Origin: Dehalococcoidia bacterium UBA7891
GTDB lineage: Bacteria; Chloroflexota; Dehalococcoidia; Lucifugimonadales; UBA826
Length of the DNA: 60,920 nt
Assembly: GCA_002500485.1 (NCBI GenBank)
Contig: DLRJ01000028.1
Coordinates: forward strand, 1 to 60,920
Direction: 5' to 3'
The position numbers were made by a program, and so were the translations under genes. The notes under the pieces were generated by a model that searched no databases, had not been told where the DNA came from, and worked only from the letters and a program-made list of their open reading frames with translations. Shown one piece after another: positions 46,266 through 56,738 of the stretch; positions within the stretch are counted from its first letter, which is position 1; each line of letters opens with the position of its first letter.

Positions 46266-48662
46266 ATGCTAGGTCAGTCAAAACTTCGATACCTGCTTTT
46301 AACTACAATTTTATATCTCTTACTCGCCATTCTCGGGTGTGATGAATTTACAAAACATGATGAATATGATTTTGTGCAGACCTCGAATCCAATCTCTAGT
46401 CCAGGTTCTCCCGTTGCTCCCGGGAGTATATTCAACTCACGAATTAATCATACAGCCACTTTTGTAGCTAGTGGAAAAATTTTGGTAGTAGGGGGTGAAT
46501 CGGATAACGGAGGAATCAGTTCACTTGAAATATATGACACCGAAAATGGTAGTTGGGTTAATGGAGAGCCATTGCCAAATCCCAGGTTTGGGCATACAGC
46601 TAATCTAATTGGTAGGGAGTCGTTATTAATCGCAGGGGGGGAGGACGGAGAAAATATAACGCCATCTACGGTTGTATACAATGCAAATACTGACACGTGG
46701 ACTTCTTCTTTGGATATGCTACAACCAAGAACACAACATGCGTCCTCCAATCTCCTAGATGGGAGAGTAATTGTAGTTGGGGGGGCTAATACTTCAGGGT
46801 TACTTTCTTCTGCAGAAATATATGACCCAGTTCTTCAGCATTGGACATCTTCAGGAGAATCCCTTTTGCCGAGAATCGGCCATTCTGTCACCACATTGAA
46901 AAATGGAATGATATTAGTGGTTGGTGGCCAAATACCAATAGAAAAATCAAATGAGAATCCCCTTTTACTGTGTGAAAATTCAGGTGAGACTCTCCCATCA
47001 GTTGGGCTAACTAAGGGATATTATTGTGAAGATGGCGCTGCGACCTTAACTGAGATTTATGATCCGGCTAACGACAGTTGGGAAAAATCATCCTCTTTGT
47101 TAACCCCTCGATGGGGGCATACTGCTACTTTGCTTGATGACGGTAGAGTTCTCGTGGCTGGAGGAACAAATAATTCTTCGCCTGCTCTCGAGTCTGAAAT
47201 TTTTGATCCTGACACTGAAACCTGGGTGTCGGCAGGGCAAATGAAATATGAGAGAACCGGCCATACTGCTTCTTTGCTTTCTGATGGAAGGGTTTTAATA
47301 GCTGGTGGTTTTACGTACGTACCGATCAGTTATTCTGAAATTTATGATGTGGAAAAAGGGTGGGTGAAAACTGAGAACCTAATGGGCCCTAGGCACATGC
47401 ATTCTGCTGTTCCTCTCAATGACGGGCAAGTTTTAGTAATTGGTGGCAAGGCAGGCCTGTTTACTAATTTAACGAGGGTGGAGCTGTACGATTCTGACTC
47501 AGGGTCCTGGAGTATAAAAGGGAAAATGCCTGTTGCCTTATGGGGCCATACAGCAATTCCTTTGGATTGTGAAAATGTTCTAATAGTAGGAGGAAAACGA
47601 AATGATGGTAGTTCTTTTAATTTAGCATATTTGTTTAATGCCACCACTGGTGGGTATCAAACAACAGGGAAAATGAATGTACCTAGATTTGCCCACTCAG
47701 CTACCAAAATTTCCGACGGGTCCGTGGTAGTAACAGGGGGATACATTGATCCTTCGTTTCAATCAGATTCTGTTGAGATTCTACAGCCGAATAAATCTGG
47801 CTCTTATGAGTGGGTCCCTGCTATGCCAGTACCGGTACCTCTTGAGAGGCATTCGGCTATTCATATTGGAGAAAGGAGGTTATTTATCACCGGTGGTTGG
47901 AATGGTTCAAGTGCCACATCGGATACGTGGATTTTTGATTTAGACAATAATTTATGGGATGTTGGCCCTCCAATGAGAGACGCGAGATGGGGGCATTCAA
48001 TGGTTTGGCTTGATGACAAAACTGTTTTGATCTCGGGTGGCGTCGGGGATGATGGGTTACCGTTGTCATCGGTTGAAAAATACGATTCGGTGAATTCTTC
48101 AATGGAATCGTTGTCCTCGATGCAAGAAGCCCGTAGTGGCCATGGGCTTCTCAAAGATAAAAATGGGAATGTTTATGCGATCGGTGGATATGGTTCTGAG
48201 GGCATTTCTTTGCCGTCATCCGAAAAATATCATGTAAGTTTTGATAAATGGAATAAATTACCTGATATGTCAGAAGCAAGGTCACACCATTCCGCCATAA
48301 TTCTTAAGGACGGAAATATTCTCATCACTGGGGGAACTGATGACTATAACACCCCATCAGGTACTGCAGAAATATTTGATATGAAATCTGGGCAGTGGAA
48401 ATCGGCTGGGAGTATGAGGGAAGCCAGGATGGGTCATGTGTCTTATCAGTTTGATAGTAAAAATGGGTTTAACTGCCCAGATCTTGCTACCCATGGCGAG
48501 GTGTTTATCATGGGTGGATATGGTCTGAGTGTGATGGATTCTGTTGAGGTTTATAGGCCAGGTGGAGGAGGTTGGTCTGCCTTTGAATCTATAGTTCGAG
48601 CCCCTACAAAGGATAATTTCACCAGGTTCGTGAGGGTAATATCGCAAAATTGGAATCGCTAA
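46266..48662 (+). CDS. Kelch-repeat lipoprotein with 14 repeats
   Basis: Lipobox LAILGC; 14 units of RxxH...GG...E(I)YD...W. Start at ATG 46266 behind GGAG (track start 46185). Confidence 0.88.
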   Translation: MLGQSKLRYLLLTTILYLLLAILGCDEFTKHDEYDFVQTSNPISSPGSPVAPGSIFNSRINHTATFVASGKILVVGGESDNGGISSLEIYDTENGSWVNGEPLPNPRFGHTANLIGRESLLIAGGEDGENITPSTVVYNANTDTWTSSLDMLQPRTQHASSNLLDGRVIVVGGANTSGLLSSAEIYDPVLQHWTSSGESLLPRIGHSVTTLKNGMILVVGGQIPIEKSNENPLLLCENSGETLPSVGLTKGYYCEDGAATLTEIYDPANDSWEKSSSLLTPRWGHTATLLDDGRVLVAGGTNNSSPALESEIFDPDTETWVSAGQMKYERTGHTASLLSDGRVLIAGGFTYVPISYSEIYDVEKGWVKTENLMGPRHMHSAVPLNDGQVLVIGGKAGLFTNLTRVELYDSDSGSWSIKGKMPVALWGHTAIPLDCENVLIVGGKRNDGSSFNLAYLFNATTGGYQTTGKMNVPRFAHSATKISDGSVVVTGGYIDPSFQSDSVEILQPNKSGSYEWVPAMPVPVPLERHSAIHIGERRLFITGGWNGSSATSDTWIFDLDNNLWDVGPPMRDARWGHSMVWLDDKTVLISGGVGDDGLPLSSVEKYDSVNSSMESLSSMQEARSGHGLLKDKNGNVYAIGGYGSEGISLPSSEKYHVSFDKWNKLPDMSEARSHHSAIILKDGNILITGGTDDYNTPSGTAEIFDMKSGQWKSAGSMREARMGHVSYQFDSKNGFNCPDLATHGEVFIMGGYGLSVMDSVEVYRPGGGGWSAFESIVRAPTKDNFTRFVRVISQNWNR

Positions 48663-51600
48663 ACTTTTTCTTGCTAGTTGTAAGGCGATCATTCAATGAC
48701 CGCCGCCTCATTTTATCCATACTATCTGGCATGCTTGTAGCTACTACCTTGATGTCTTCTGCACCAATGTACTTGGCTGCCTTGGATCAACAAGGCGTAA
48801 GACAGATGGTAGATTTGACTACCAAAAATAAGTCTGAAAACTATCTGGCACTGGATATGTTCGTCCCTTCAATGGCCCTGAGCAAGGAACGTATTTTTCA
48901 TTCAGATGAATTAATACAGCAAGCCGTGAATTTGCATTTTTCAGAAGCAGTTGTTGGTTTAAACCGGTATCTAAAAACCGATGGGTTTAGCTTCTACAGG
49001 TCATCGGATTCAGCGATAAGGGACCTAGAGAAAGGCCCCATAAGATCACTTGAGGGGTATTTTCACAGTTTCCAGAGTATGAAGAAAGAGGTTGATTACA
49101 TCGTAGGATCACCCCCAACTTCGGATTTCCAATACCATCCAGATGGGCCTTTACTAGAGGTATCTCTCTCTACAGATTTGGCGGAAAAACTTTCAATTGA
49201 ATACGGAGATGTTTTACTAGGACTTCCCTATCCCGACAGCAGGATCAAATTGGGGGTTAGGGTGAGTGGAATTTTTGAGGCCTTAGATCCATATAATCCC
49301 ATATGGGAAGACGATATAGATAGATTTCTAATTCCGGTGATTCCTAAAGATGAAGGCTCTGAGGTGCCTGATAAATGGTGGGAGGACCAAAAATATTATT
49401 TAGCTCTTTTTATATCTGAAGAATCTATGATGAATTCAATTCCGCTGGCTTACCCGGGGGCTATGGTTGAGGCACATTGGAATCAGCAGATCAACAACCT
49501 AAATTTAAGAGAATGGACTAGGGCTGAAATGTCCAGTTCTGTTGATGGTCTTGACGGACTGCTTATTAAACAAATACCGGGGTTTCAACTTAGATCTGGG
49601 ATAATTTTGATGTTAAAGGAATTTAGAACCCAAAGTTTCTTTTCCAGTATTCCTTTGCTATTACTTTTTGCTGTGATAGGTTCTTCCCTTTTATATTTTG
49701 TATTTATGATAAGTTCATACCTGATACCGGCCAGAGAAGCAGATATCTCTCTAATAAAGACCCGAGGCGCCTCTCGGTTCACTGTTTTCAGGCAATATGG
49801 GCTGGAAGGGCTTTTGTTGTTTTTGGTCTCAACCATCTTCGCTCCGATTCTCGCATTCTGCCTCGTATCTTTGTCGGGCATATTGCCTTATTTCCACAGT
49901 ATTTCAGATGGTAAATTATTGCCAACAACGTTGTCTTGGACTCCTTTCATACTCTCATTTGGGTTTGGGGTATTGTGTTTCATGGCTTTTTTATTACCTC
50001 CCATTCTACGAACTTCAGGACGAATAGTTACCAGGCGACGTTATTTGGGTAGACCCGAATCTGTGACCTTTATTCAAAAGTATTATCTCGATTTTGCCTT
50101 TCTGTTCATTTGTTCTGTTCTCTTGTATGAAATTAAAGCCAGAGGACAGCTTTCATCAGGAGGATTAGAAAGAGTTTCAGGTATAAATGAGGCTCTGTTA
50201 TTTGCCCCGATTTTGCTGCTCTTCTCTGTCGCTATTTTGTCTTTCAGAATATTTCCTATCCTCGTTAAATTTATGACGGGAGAATCTTCAAGTCTCATCT
50301 TGTTAATGGGTACTCTTTCAGTAATATTTTTGTCATTGAATATTTGTTACGATCTATTAACCAATGTAGATAAATTGGGATTTTTGTTACCGGCATTTGT
50401 TTTCCTACTACTTTTAATTGGTTTGTTGGCCTGTTTTAAAGCATCAAATAAATCCAGTAAATATATTTCTTTTATTTTCATACTTGGAGCATCGTTAATA
50501 TACGGGGTTTATACTCCTGAAGGGGATGTCATACTCTTCTCCCTCACAAAATGGGTCTTGGCTTTTACGAGTTTACTGACAGGCATTTTCTTTTTGTTGA
50601 GTAGCTTCAAAAAATACTATCCACCCTGGATATCTCTTATGCTGTGGAATATGTCTAGAAACCCCTTACAGTACACGTGGTTAGTCGTTCTTTTGGTATT
50701 GTCATCTGGTGTGGCAGTTTTATCGGCTGCATTAGGATCAACTTTAGATCACAGCTATAGAGATAAAATCGCCTATGATGTGGGGTCGGACGCGAGGATA
50801 GTTCTTTCTTCGCTTGGGTCGGTGGGTCGAATTCATTCCCTACCTAGCCTCTCTAATTTTTTGGGAAATCTTCCAGGTGTTCAAAAATTTTCAAAAGCGA
50901 AAAGAGGTATTGGGAATATTGGCCAAGGGGCAGACTCTTTCACATTTAATTATTTAGCTTTTGAAACAGAGAAAATTACCTTATGGGGACGGGAAGATTT
51001 TTCGGCGCAGTCGACTGATATTGTGTTCGGCGATATCCCAAGTGAAGTAATGACTCCGGCCATCGAGATACCGATCGGCGCCACAGAAATAGGTATAAAT
51101 GTTAAACCTGACTCCAATTATCCACTGGTATCTCTGTGGTTGATACTAAGAGATGCGAATCTTAAATATAAGGTTATAACACTGGGTACAGCTGATCCTT
51201 CTAAGTGGTCCAAGAATAAAGCTGTGATTCCAGACTCTCTTGTCGAACCGCTCCAATTGGTTTCGGTACAAATAAGTGAGCCAGGCTTTGGTGCATCGGG
51301 TACTCCCGGAAAGATGTTTTTTGACGATTTGTTTGCTATTTTGAATAGTGAAGAGGTCATATTAGAGGATTTTGAGGATTATTCTGAATGGGTGATTATC
51401 CCTACCTCCAGTGGGCCAGGCGATTCTATCTCCATTGAGGAAGAAGCTGCAGTAACAGGTAGATTTGGATTTTCATTCGAGTTTGGCAAAGAGATGAACA
51501 ATGGGATTAGAGGTTTATTTTGGGGAACCTATGGATCATATTTACCTGTCGTTGTAAGTCAGACATTTGTTGATAATAGCGGATTTGGATTTGGAGATTA

Positions 51601-52324
51601 TTTATTCCTGGATATCTCGCAAACCCTAGTTATTGGCAAAATAACGGGTGTAGTAGATTTTTTCCCAACGCTAGATCCTGGAACCGGTGGATTTTTGTTG
51701 GCAGATCTGGATGCTGTTATGTACTTATCTTCGTTGACTAACCCACATAGTATGAGCTCTGCCAACGAAATTTTTCTGGAACTAAATGAATCTGTCGATG
51801 ACACGATAGCTGCTATTTCCGACGAAGTTGGGAAGGGTGGACAAGTTCATGCTACAAAAAGGTTATTAGAAAAATTAGACAATGACCCACTTATCTCAGC
51901 TGGATGGAAATTGATGTCATCAATTTCCATCACAGTTGCTCTCTACATAGCACTTCTTGGGTATTTCATTCATATGATCTTTTTGTCAGGTCAAATCAAA
52001 TCTAGAATGGGTACTTTACGTTCCTTAGGGATGACTTTATCGCAAAGCTTTAGAATGATTTTTGTTGAGCAGATACTATTAATTCTATTGGGTGTAGGTT
52101 TAGGAACTTGGACGGGAGTGGGCATGACCCGTCTTATGGTTTCAGCAATTGCTACTACGGACAATGCTGTATCCTTGGTCCCTCCGGCCTTAATCACGAT
52201 TGATTTCTTCTCATTGTTAATATGTGCAGGCACTTTTTTTGCCCTATTTACGCTTATGGTCATATGGGTCAGTCTTTATTTTTTCCGACTGAATCTTGGG
52301 ACTTTGTCCAGGTTGGAAGATTAA
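48650..52324 (+). CDS. Large FtsX/MacB-like ABC permease
   Basis: ISLIKTRGAS and MGTLRSLGM FtsX motifs; two TM clusters with large extracytoplasmic domains; overlaps the Kelch gene by 13 nt. Confidence 0.87.
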   Translation: MESLNFFLLVVRRSFNDRRLILSILSGMLVATTLMSSAPMYLAALDQQGVRQMVDLTTKNKSENYLALDMFVPSMALSKERIFHSDELIQQAVNLHFSEAVVGLNRYLKTDGFSFYRSSDSAIRDLEKGPIRSLEGYFHSFQSMKKEVDYIVGSPPTSDFQYHPDGPLLEVSLSTDLAEKLSIEYGDVLLGLPYPDSRIKLGVRVSGIFEALDPYNPIWEDDIDRFLIPVIPKDEGSEVPDKWWEDQKYYLALFISEESMMNSIPLAYPGAMVEAHWNQQINNLNLREWTRAEMSSSVDGLDGLLIKQIPGFQLRSGIILMLKEFRTQSFFSSIPLLLLFAVIGSSLLYFVFMISSYLIPAREADISLIKTRGASRFTVFRQYGLEGLLLFLVSTIFAPILAFCLVSLSGILPYFHSISDGKLLPTTLSWTPFILSFGFGVLCFMAFLLPPILRTSGRIVTRRRYLGRPESVTFIQKYYLDFAFLFICSVLLYEIKARGQLSSGGLERVSGINEALLFAPILLLFSVAILSFRIFPILVKFMTGESSSLILLMGTLSVIFLSLNICYDLLTNVDKLGFLLPAFVFLLLLIGLLACFKASNKSSKYISFIFILGASLIYGVYTPEGDVILFSLTKWVLAFTSLLTGIFFLLSSFKKYYPPWISLMLWNMSRNPLQYTWLVVLLVLSSGVAVLSAALGSTLDHSYRDKIAYDVGSDARIVLSSLGSVGRIHSLPSLSNFLGNLPGVQKFSKAKRGIGNIGQGADSFTFNYLAFETEKITLWGREDFSAQSTDIVFGDIPSEVMTPAIEIPIGATEIGINVKPDSNYPLVSLWLILRDANLKYKVITLGTADPSKWSKNKAVIPDSLVEPLQLVSVQISEPGFGASGTPGKMFFDDLFAILNSEEVILEDFEDYSEWVIIPTSSGPGDSISIEEEAAVTGRFGFSFEFGKEMNNGIRGLFWGTYGSYLPVVVSQTFVDNSGFGFGDYLFLDISQTLVIGKITGVVDFFPTLDPGTGGFLLADLDAVMYLSSLTNPHSMSSANEIFLELNESVDDTIAAISDEVGKGGQVHATKRLLEKLDNDPLISAGWKLMSSISITVALYIALLGYFIHMIFLSGQIKSRMGTLRSLGMTLSQSFRMIFVEQILLILLGVGLGTWTGVGMTRLMVSAIATTDNAVSLVPPALITIDFFSLLICAGTFFALFTLMVIWVSLYFFRLNLGTLSRLED

Positions 52325-55300
52325 ATGATGGAGATAGAGGGGTTTGCGAAAATTATCAGGGTTTGGCCCCTAATAGTAAAACGATTGGTAGTGAATTGGA
52401 GAACCTTGTCTACCGTGATTATTGGGGTAGTTTTGGCTTGTTCCATTATGTCAGGCACCGTGGTATTTTTTGATTCACTTAAAGAGATAGCCCTGGCTGA
52501 TGTTCTTAAATCCCTAGATAAGGAAGAGATAAACATATTAGTGCAGGCTGAAAAGGGTCCAACTAACGTTGAGGAAGCATCAATTTTGAATGAAAGAATC
52601 CATTCTTTTTCCGAAGGATTGCTTTCTTCTCATGTTAATGAAATTTTACATGGAGGAAGAACCACAACCTTTTTCTTCAGTTACCAGGGCCAGGAACAAG
52701 ATGCAGGAAAAGATAATATGCGAACATTTTTCGCATACCTACCAAACTTGCAGTCCCATATCACCATAACGGACGGGTTGTTTCCGGGGAATGTCACCGG
52801 GGAATTATTAGAAGATATTCCTGTTGTTAAAGTATTAGTGAATGTCGAGGACGCTGCAATTTTTGGACTTCAGATTGGCGATCGCATATCTGCTGTGCCT
52901 TATTGGGACGATTCTATTTTCCATGTAACAGCGGAAGTTGTCGGAACCTTTGAAAAAAACAACCAAGATGATTTGTATTGGTCTATTGAACAAAAGGCAT
53001 TCATGTATGCAGCTAGTGATGCATTCAAAACCATACCGTTGTATTTGAATGAAGATGTCTATATGGGACATCTTGCCTCAAAATTTCTTGATTTAGAAAC
53101 CACCTACGTTTGGATGTTTGACATTGACAGGGGAAGTATCAATTCCTCAAATGCTTCGAATTTGGCGTCGAATATAACCTATTTTGGGAACCGATTAGAC
53201 TCAGAATTAAATAGGTTTGTCATTCGCACTGAGCTAGATAAGTCTTTGCAAAGATACGACACACGTATTTTGTTCACTAAACTGCAAATGTATGTCGTCT
53301 TGATAATGATCACCTTTGTGGTGCTCTATTATGTGGTGGCACTCTCTTCACTGGTGGTTGAAGAGAGACGTTTTGAAGTTTCCAAACTTAGAAGTAGAGG
53401 TGCTAGTTCGTCACAAATATTGAGTGTATTTGTGATCGAGGGAGCTACCATTTCATTTTTTGCCACCTTGCTTGGTCCATTGATTGCCGTAGGCGGAATA
53501 AGTCTGTTGGGATTTTTACCGGGATTCCATGAAATCAATGATGGTACTTTTCTTTCTGCCAGGTTAACTTATCCAGCCTTATTCATGAGTATATTAGGTG
53601 GCGTTTTAAGTTTTCTTGCTTTAATGATTCCTTCCATTCAAGCATCAAGATTGATGGTGTCTGATGAAAGAACTAAATCGAATAGGCCTAATCGGCTCAC
53701 GATCATATCTAGGTACTACATCGATGTCATAGTCCTAATAGTTTCTCTATTTTTATTTAATCAATTGAATGAGCAAGGTTCTATGGCAGCACGGGGCTTA
53801 TTGGGGGATGTTAAGGTCAATCAAATTATGTTAGCTGTCCCAGCCATTATGTTGATTGCCTCTGCTTTAGTTATATTGAGGATATTCCCACTTGTTATGA
53901 GTATTGCAAGCCGGCTGTTGTCTAGGTATCTACCGGTTGGTGTTGCTTTGATCATGTGGCAAATTTCACGAAATCCTTCTAATTATTCCAGACTAGTTTT
54001 ACTGTTAATTTTGATGACAGGGCTAGGTATTTTTGTCTCCAGTTTCGGTGGGACCCTCAACAAAAATTTTGAAGACCGTGTTTACTATTCCCACGGTTCT
54101 GATGTGAGGCTAAGTTCAGTTTCACTTAATTCCAGCGGGTTAAGTAAGCCCCTCACAAAAAAAATAGAGTCCATGGATGGTGTGTCTGCCGTTAGCGCGT
54201 CAGCTCGGATGATGAGTACTGATGTAACAAAAACATTTGGGTCTGATTCTATAGCTGTCCTTGGCATCGATACTAATAAATTTGAACAAAGTGTGTGGTA
54301 TCGGGACGATTTCTCAGAATCTTCACTATCAGAAATTTCTAATACACTGCAAGAGACGGATACCAAAGGAATTGAATTGCCTGATAAGTCACGATCATTT
54401 GGAGTATTGGTTAAATCTGATACAAATAGACCAACTACGGCGTTGGTAGCTAGAATGAAAGACAAAAATGGCAGATATTTTTCATTCGATTTAGGTAGGC
54501 TGGACAGTGGTGGATGGACACTGAAGCAAGTTGAAATCTTTGGTAGAGGAAGAGGAAGATTTCAACTGTTTCCTACGCGACCTCTGACATTGATGTCGAT
54601 AGGTATAGTTGAAACTAATCCTCAAAAAAAATTAACTTCCGGTTCTATTTTGATGGATAGTGTGAGGGTAAGGTTGGCAACTGGTGAAGTGATTAATCTG
54701 GAGGATTTCAGAGATATTAATGGTTGGCAAACAATAGACTCCTCCACCTCCTCTGCAAACGATAGGTTAGGAATTTCAGAAATAAGTGCGAGATCAGATG
54801 CTTCAGCCATTTTTACATGGTCTGAAGGTCCTCCAATGACGATGAGAGGGATTTATCCTTCTACACAATTTAGTCCTATTTCTGCCATTGTTAATTCCGA
54901 CTTTTTAATTAACACTCAATATTCTTTGGGTGATCAGCTAAAGTTGTCGATTGGGGGTCACCGAATTGACGTGGTATTGCGCGATAAAGTCAGGTACTTT
55001 CCTACTCTCAATCCTATTGAGGATGATTTTATAGTAGTTGGGCTGGACCCACTGATTCATAAGCTTAATATTGGGTCTTTGTTTGGGAGTACTGATCCAA
55101 ACGAGCTTTGGATCGATTATGAGGATGGGATTACAAATGAAACCAAGACGGGCCTCAAAGAGGATTTGATTAATGATTCCCCTTTCCCTTACGGCAAATT
55201 ATGGGATACAGAATCAATGCTTGAGATCAATCGCGTCGATCCTTTAGTCAAAGCCGGATGGCATGCAATATTGGTAATCGCATTTGGTTCGATTTTGCTT

Positions 55301-55681
55301 TTAAGCGCGATCGGATTTTTTTCTCACGCCTACATATCATATAGAAACCGGCGGTTCCAGTTTGCGTTACTTAGAACCCTTGGGTTTTCTACTCGTCAGC
55401 TCATAACTACTATTTGGGTGGAACAGGTTTTAATAATAGTGCTAGGGATGGTCGTTGGAACCTGGATGGGAGGAAGATTATCAGCGGCGGTTATGCCGTT
55501 TTTAAGTAGTGATGATTATGGTAATCAGGTAATTCCACCGTTTGTGATACAAGTAGATTGGGTTAATCTATCGATAACGTATGCTGTGATGGTCCTAATT
55601 TTTGCTACCGTCATAGGATCCCTGATTTTCCTGGCACGGAGACTCGTATTGAATAAAATGTTGAGGCTTGGAGATACTTAA
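52325..55681 (+). CDS. Large FtsX/MacB-like ABC permease (paralog of the preceding gene)
   Basis: VSKLRSRGAS and FALLRTLGF motifs; same architecture; abuts the upstream stop. Confidence 0.88.
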   Translation: MMEIEGFAKIIRVWPLIVKRLVVNWRTLSTVIIGVVLACSIMSGTVVFFDSLKEIALADVLKSLDKEEINILVQAEKGPTNVEEASILNERIHSFSEGLLSSHVNEILHGGRTTTFFFSYQGQEQDAGKDNMRTFFAYLPNLQSHITITDGLFPGNVTGELLEDIPVVKVLVNVEDAAIFGLQIGDRISAVPYWDDSIFHVTAEVVGTFEKNNQDDLYWSIEQKAFMYAASDAFKTIPLYLNEDVYMGHLASKFLDLETTYVWMFDIDRGSINSSNASNLASNITYFGNRLDSELNRFVIRTELDKSLQRYDTRILFTKLQMYVVLIMITFVVLYYVVALSSLVVEERRFEVSKLRSRGASSSQILSVFVIEGATISFFATLLGPLIAVGGISLLGFLPGFHEINDGTFLSARLTYPALFMSILGGVLSFLALMIPSIQASRLMVSDERTKSNRPNRLTIISRYYIDVIVLIVSLFLFNQLNEQGSMAARGLLGDVKVNQIMLAVPAIMLIASALVILRIFPLVMSIASRLLSRYLPVGVALIMWQISRNPSNYSRLVLLLILMTGLGIFVSSFGGTLNKNFEDRVYYSHGSDVRLSSVSLNSSGLSKPLTKKIESMDGVSAVSASARMMSTDVTKTFGSDSIAVLGIDTNKFEQSVWYRDDFSESSLSEISNTLQETDTKGIELPDKSRSFGVLVKSDTNRPTTALVARMKDKNGRYFSFDLGRLDSGGWTLKQVEIFGRGRGRFQLFPTRPLTLMSIGIVETNPQKKLTSGSILMDSVRVRLATGEVINLEDFRDINGWQTIDSSTSSANDRLGISEISARSDASAIFTWSEGPPMTMRGIYPSTQFSPISAIVNSDFLINTQYSLGDQLKLSIGGHRIDVVLRDKVRYFPTLNPIEDDFIVVGLDPLIHKLNIGSLFGSTDPNELWIDYEDGITNETKTGLKEDLINDSPFPYGKLWDTESMLEINRVDPLVKAGWHAILVIAFGSILLLSAIGFFSHAYISYRNRRFQFALLRTLGFSTRQLITTIWVEQVLIIVLGMVVGTWMGGRLSAAVMPFLSSDDYGNQVIPPFVIQVDWVNLSITYAVMVLIFATVIGSLIFLARRLVLNKMLRLGDT

Positions 55682-56604
55682 CCCAGAATGGAATTTTCAA
55701 AATCCCTGTGGCCTCTTGCGAAATCAGTTGCCGAAGTAATTTTTGCCCCTTCGCTTTGTAGTTGCGATACGATTAAGGAATCATCGGAAGTGCCAATATA
55801 CACTGCGTTATCTTGAACTGAGACACATCCGGGTCCCAAGTTGTAATTTTCTGAAATCCTTGCTTCTATGATCTTTAAATTTTTCCCATTGAAATAGGTG
55901 TATGAACCGGGCCAAGGGTGATGTGCCCTGATTTTTCTCAATATTACGTCAGCGCCGTCTTTCCAATCTACCAGACCATCTTGGCGGACTAGTTTTTTCG
56001 TGTAGGTGGCATTTTCATGATCCTGTTGTCGGGGCACTATTATTCCTTTTGCTAATTTTGAAATTGTTTCCACTATTAAATCGGCACCTAAATAAAATAA
56101 TTTCTCTGTTAATTCGTTACACAGTTCCTCTTCACCAATTGGGGTCTCTTGTTGGGCTAGTATAGGGCCTGAATCTATTCCGGAATCTAGTTGCATAATT
56201 GTGGTTCCAGTAACTTTTTCCGATTCAAGAATAGCTGTTGATACGGGTGAAGCCCCTCGGTATTTTGGTAATAGGGATGGGTGGAGGTTTATACAACCAT
56301 GCGGAAGCAGATCCAATATTTCAGAGGGCAGCAATATTCCATAGGCGGCTACTACAGCAATGTCTGCTTTAAAACTATCTAGTATATGAATTTGGGAAAG
56401 GTCCTTCCGGAAATTTTGCGGCTGTAGCACCCGCAAATTTTTAGATATGGCATATTCCTTTACCGCACTCATAGTGACTTTTCTTCCTCGACCTGATGTT
56501 CTGTCTGGTTGAGTGTAGACAGCTACTATGTCATGGCCATTGGATGAAATTTTGTCCAGAACAGGGATGGTGAAATATGGTGTTCCCATAAATACTATTT
56601 TCAT
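55678..56604 (-). CDS. fmt: Methionyl-tRNA formyltransferase
   Basis: VFMGTP, YTQPDR, NLHPSLLPKYRGASP and DSGP motifs. Confidence 0.97.
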   Translation of the reverse strand: MKIVFMGTPYFTIPVLDKISSNGHDIVAVYTQPDRTSGRGRKVTMSAVKEYAISKNLRVLQPQNFRKDLSQIHILDSFKADIAVVAAYGILLPSEILDLLPHGCINLHPSLLPKYRGASPVSTAILESEKVTGTTIMQLDSGIDSGPILAQQETPIGEEELCNELTEKLFYLGADLIVETISKLAKGIIVPRQQDHENATYTKKLVRQDGLVDWKDGADVILRKIRAHHPWPGSYTYFNGKNLKIIEARISENYNLGPGCVSVQDNAVYIGTSDDSLIVSQLQSEGAKITSATDFARGHRDFENSILG

Positions 56605-56738
56605 AAATAAAGTTAACTCCTACTGTCAGCCTTCTGAATTATAAGACCCTCTATCCTTTTACGGATATTTAATGAGACTATTAAGGGATAGCTTTTGTTG
56701 ATGGTTCTTTTTCCAGTTTGCTAGGGAATGCCAGTTAA

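Noticed and set aside
46400-48600. DNA tandem repeat or mobile element in the Kelch gene
   Set aside because: The repetition is at protein level with diverged codons; no transposase, terminal repeats or integrase seen anywhere in the window.
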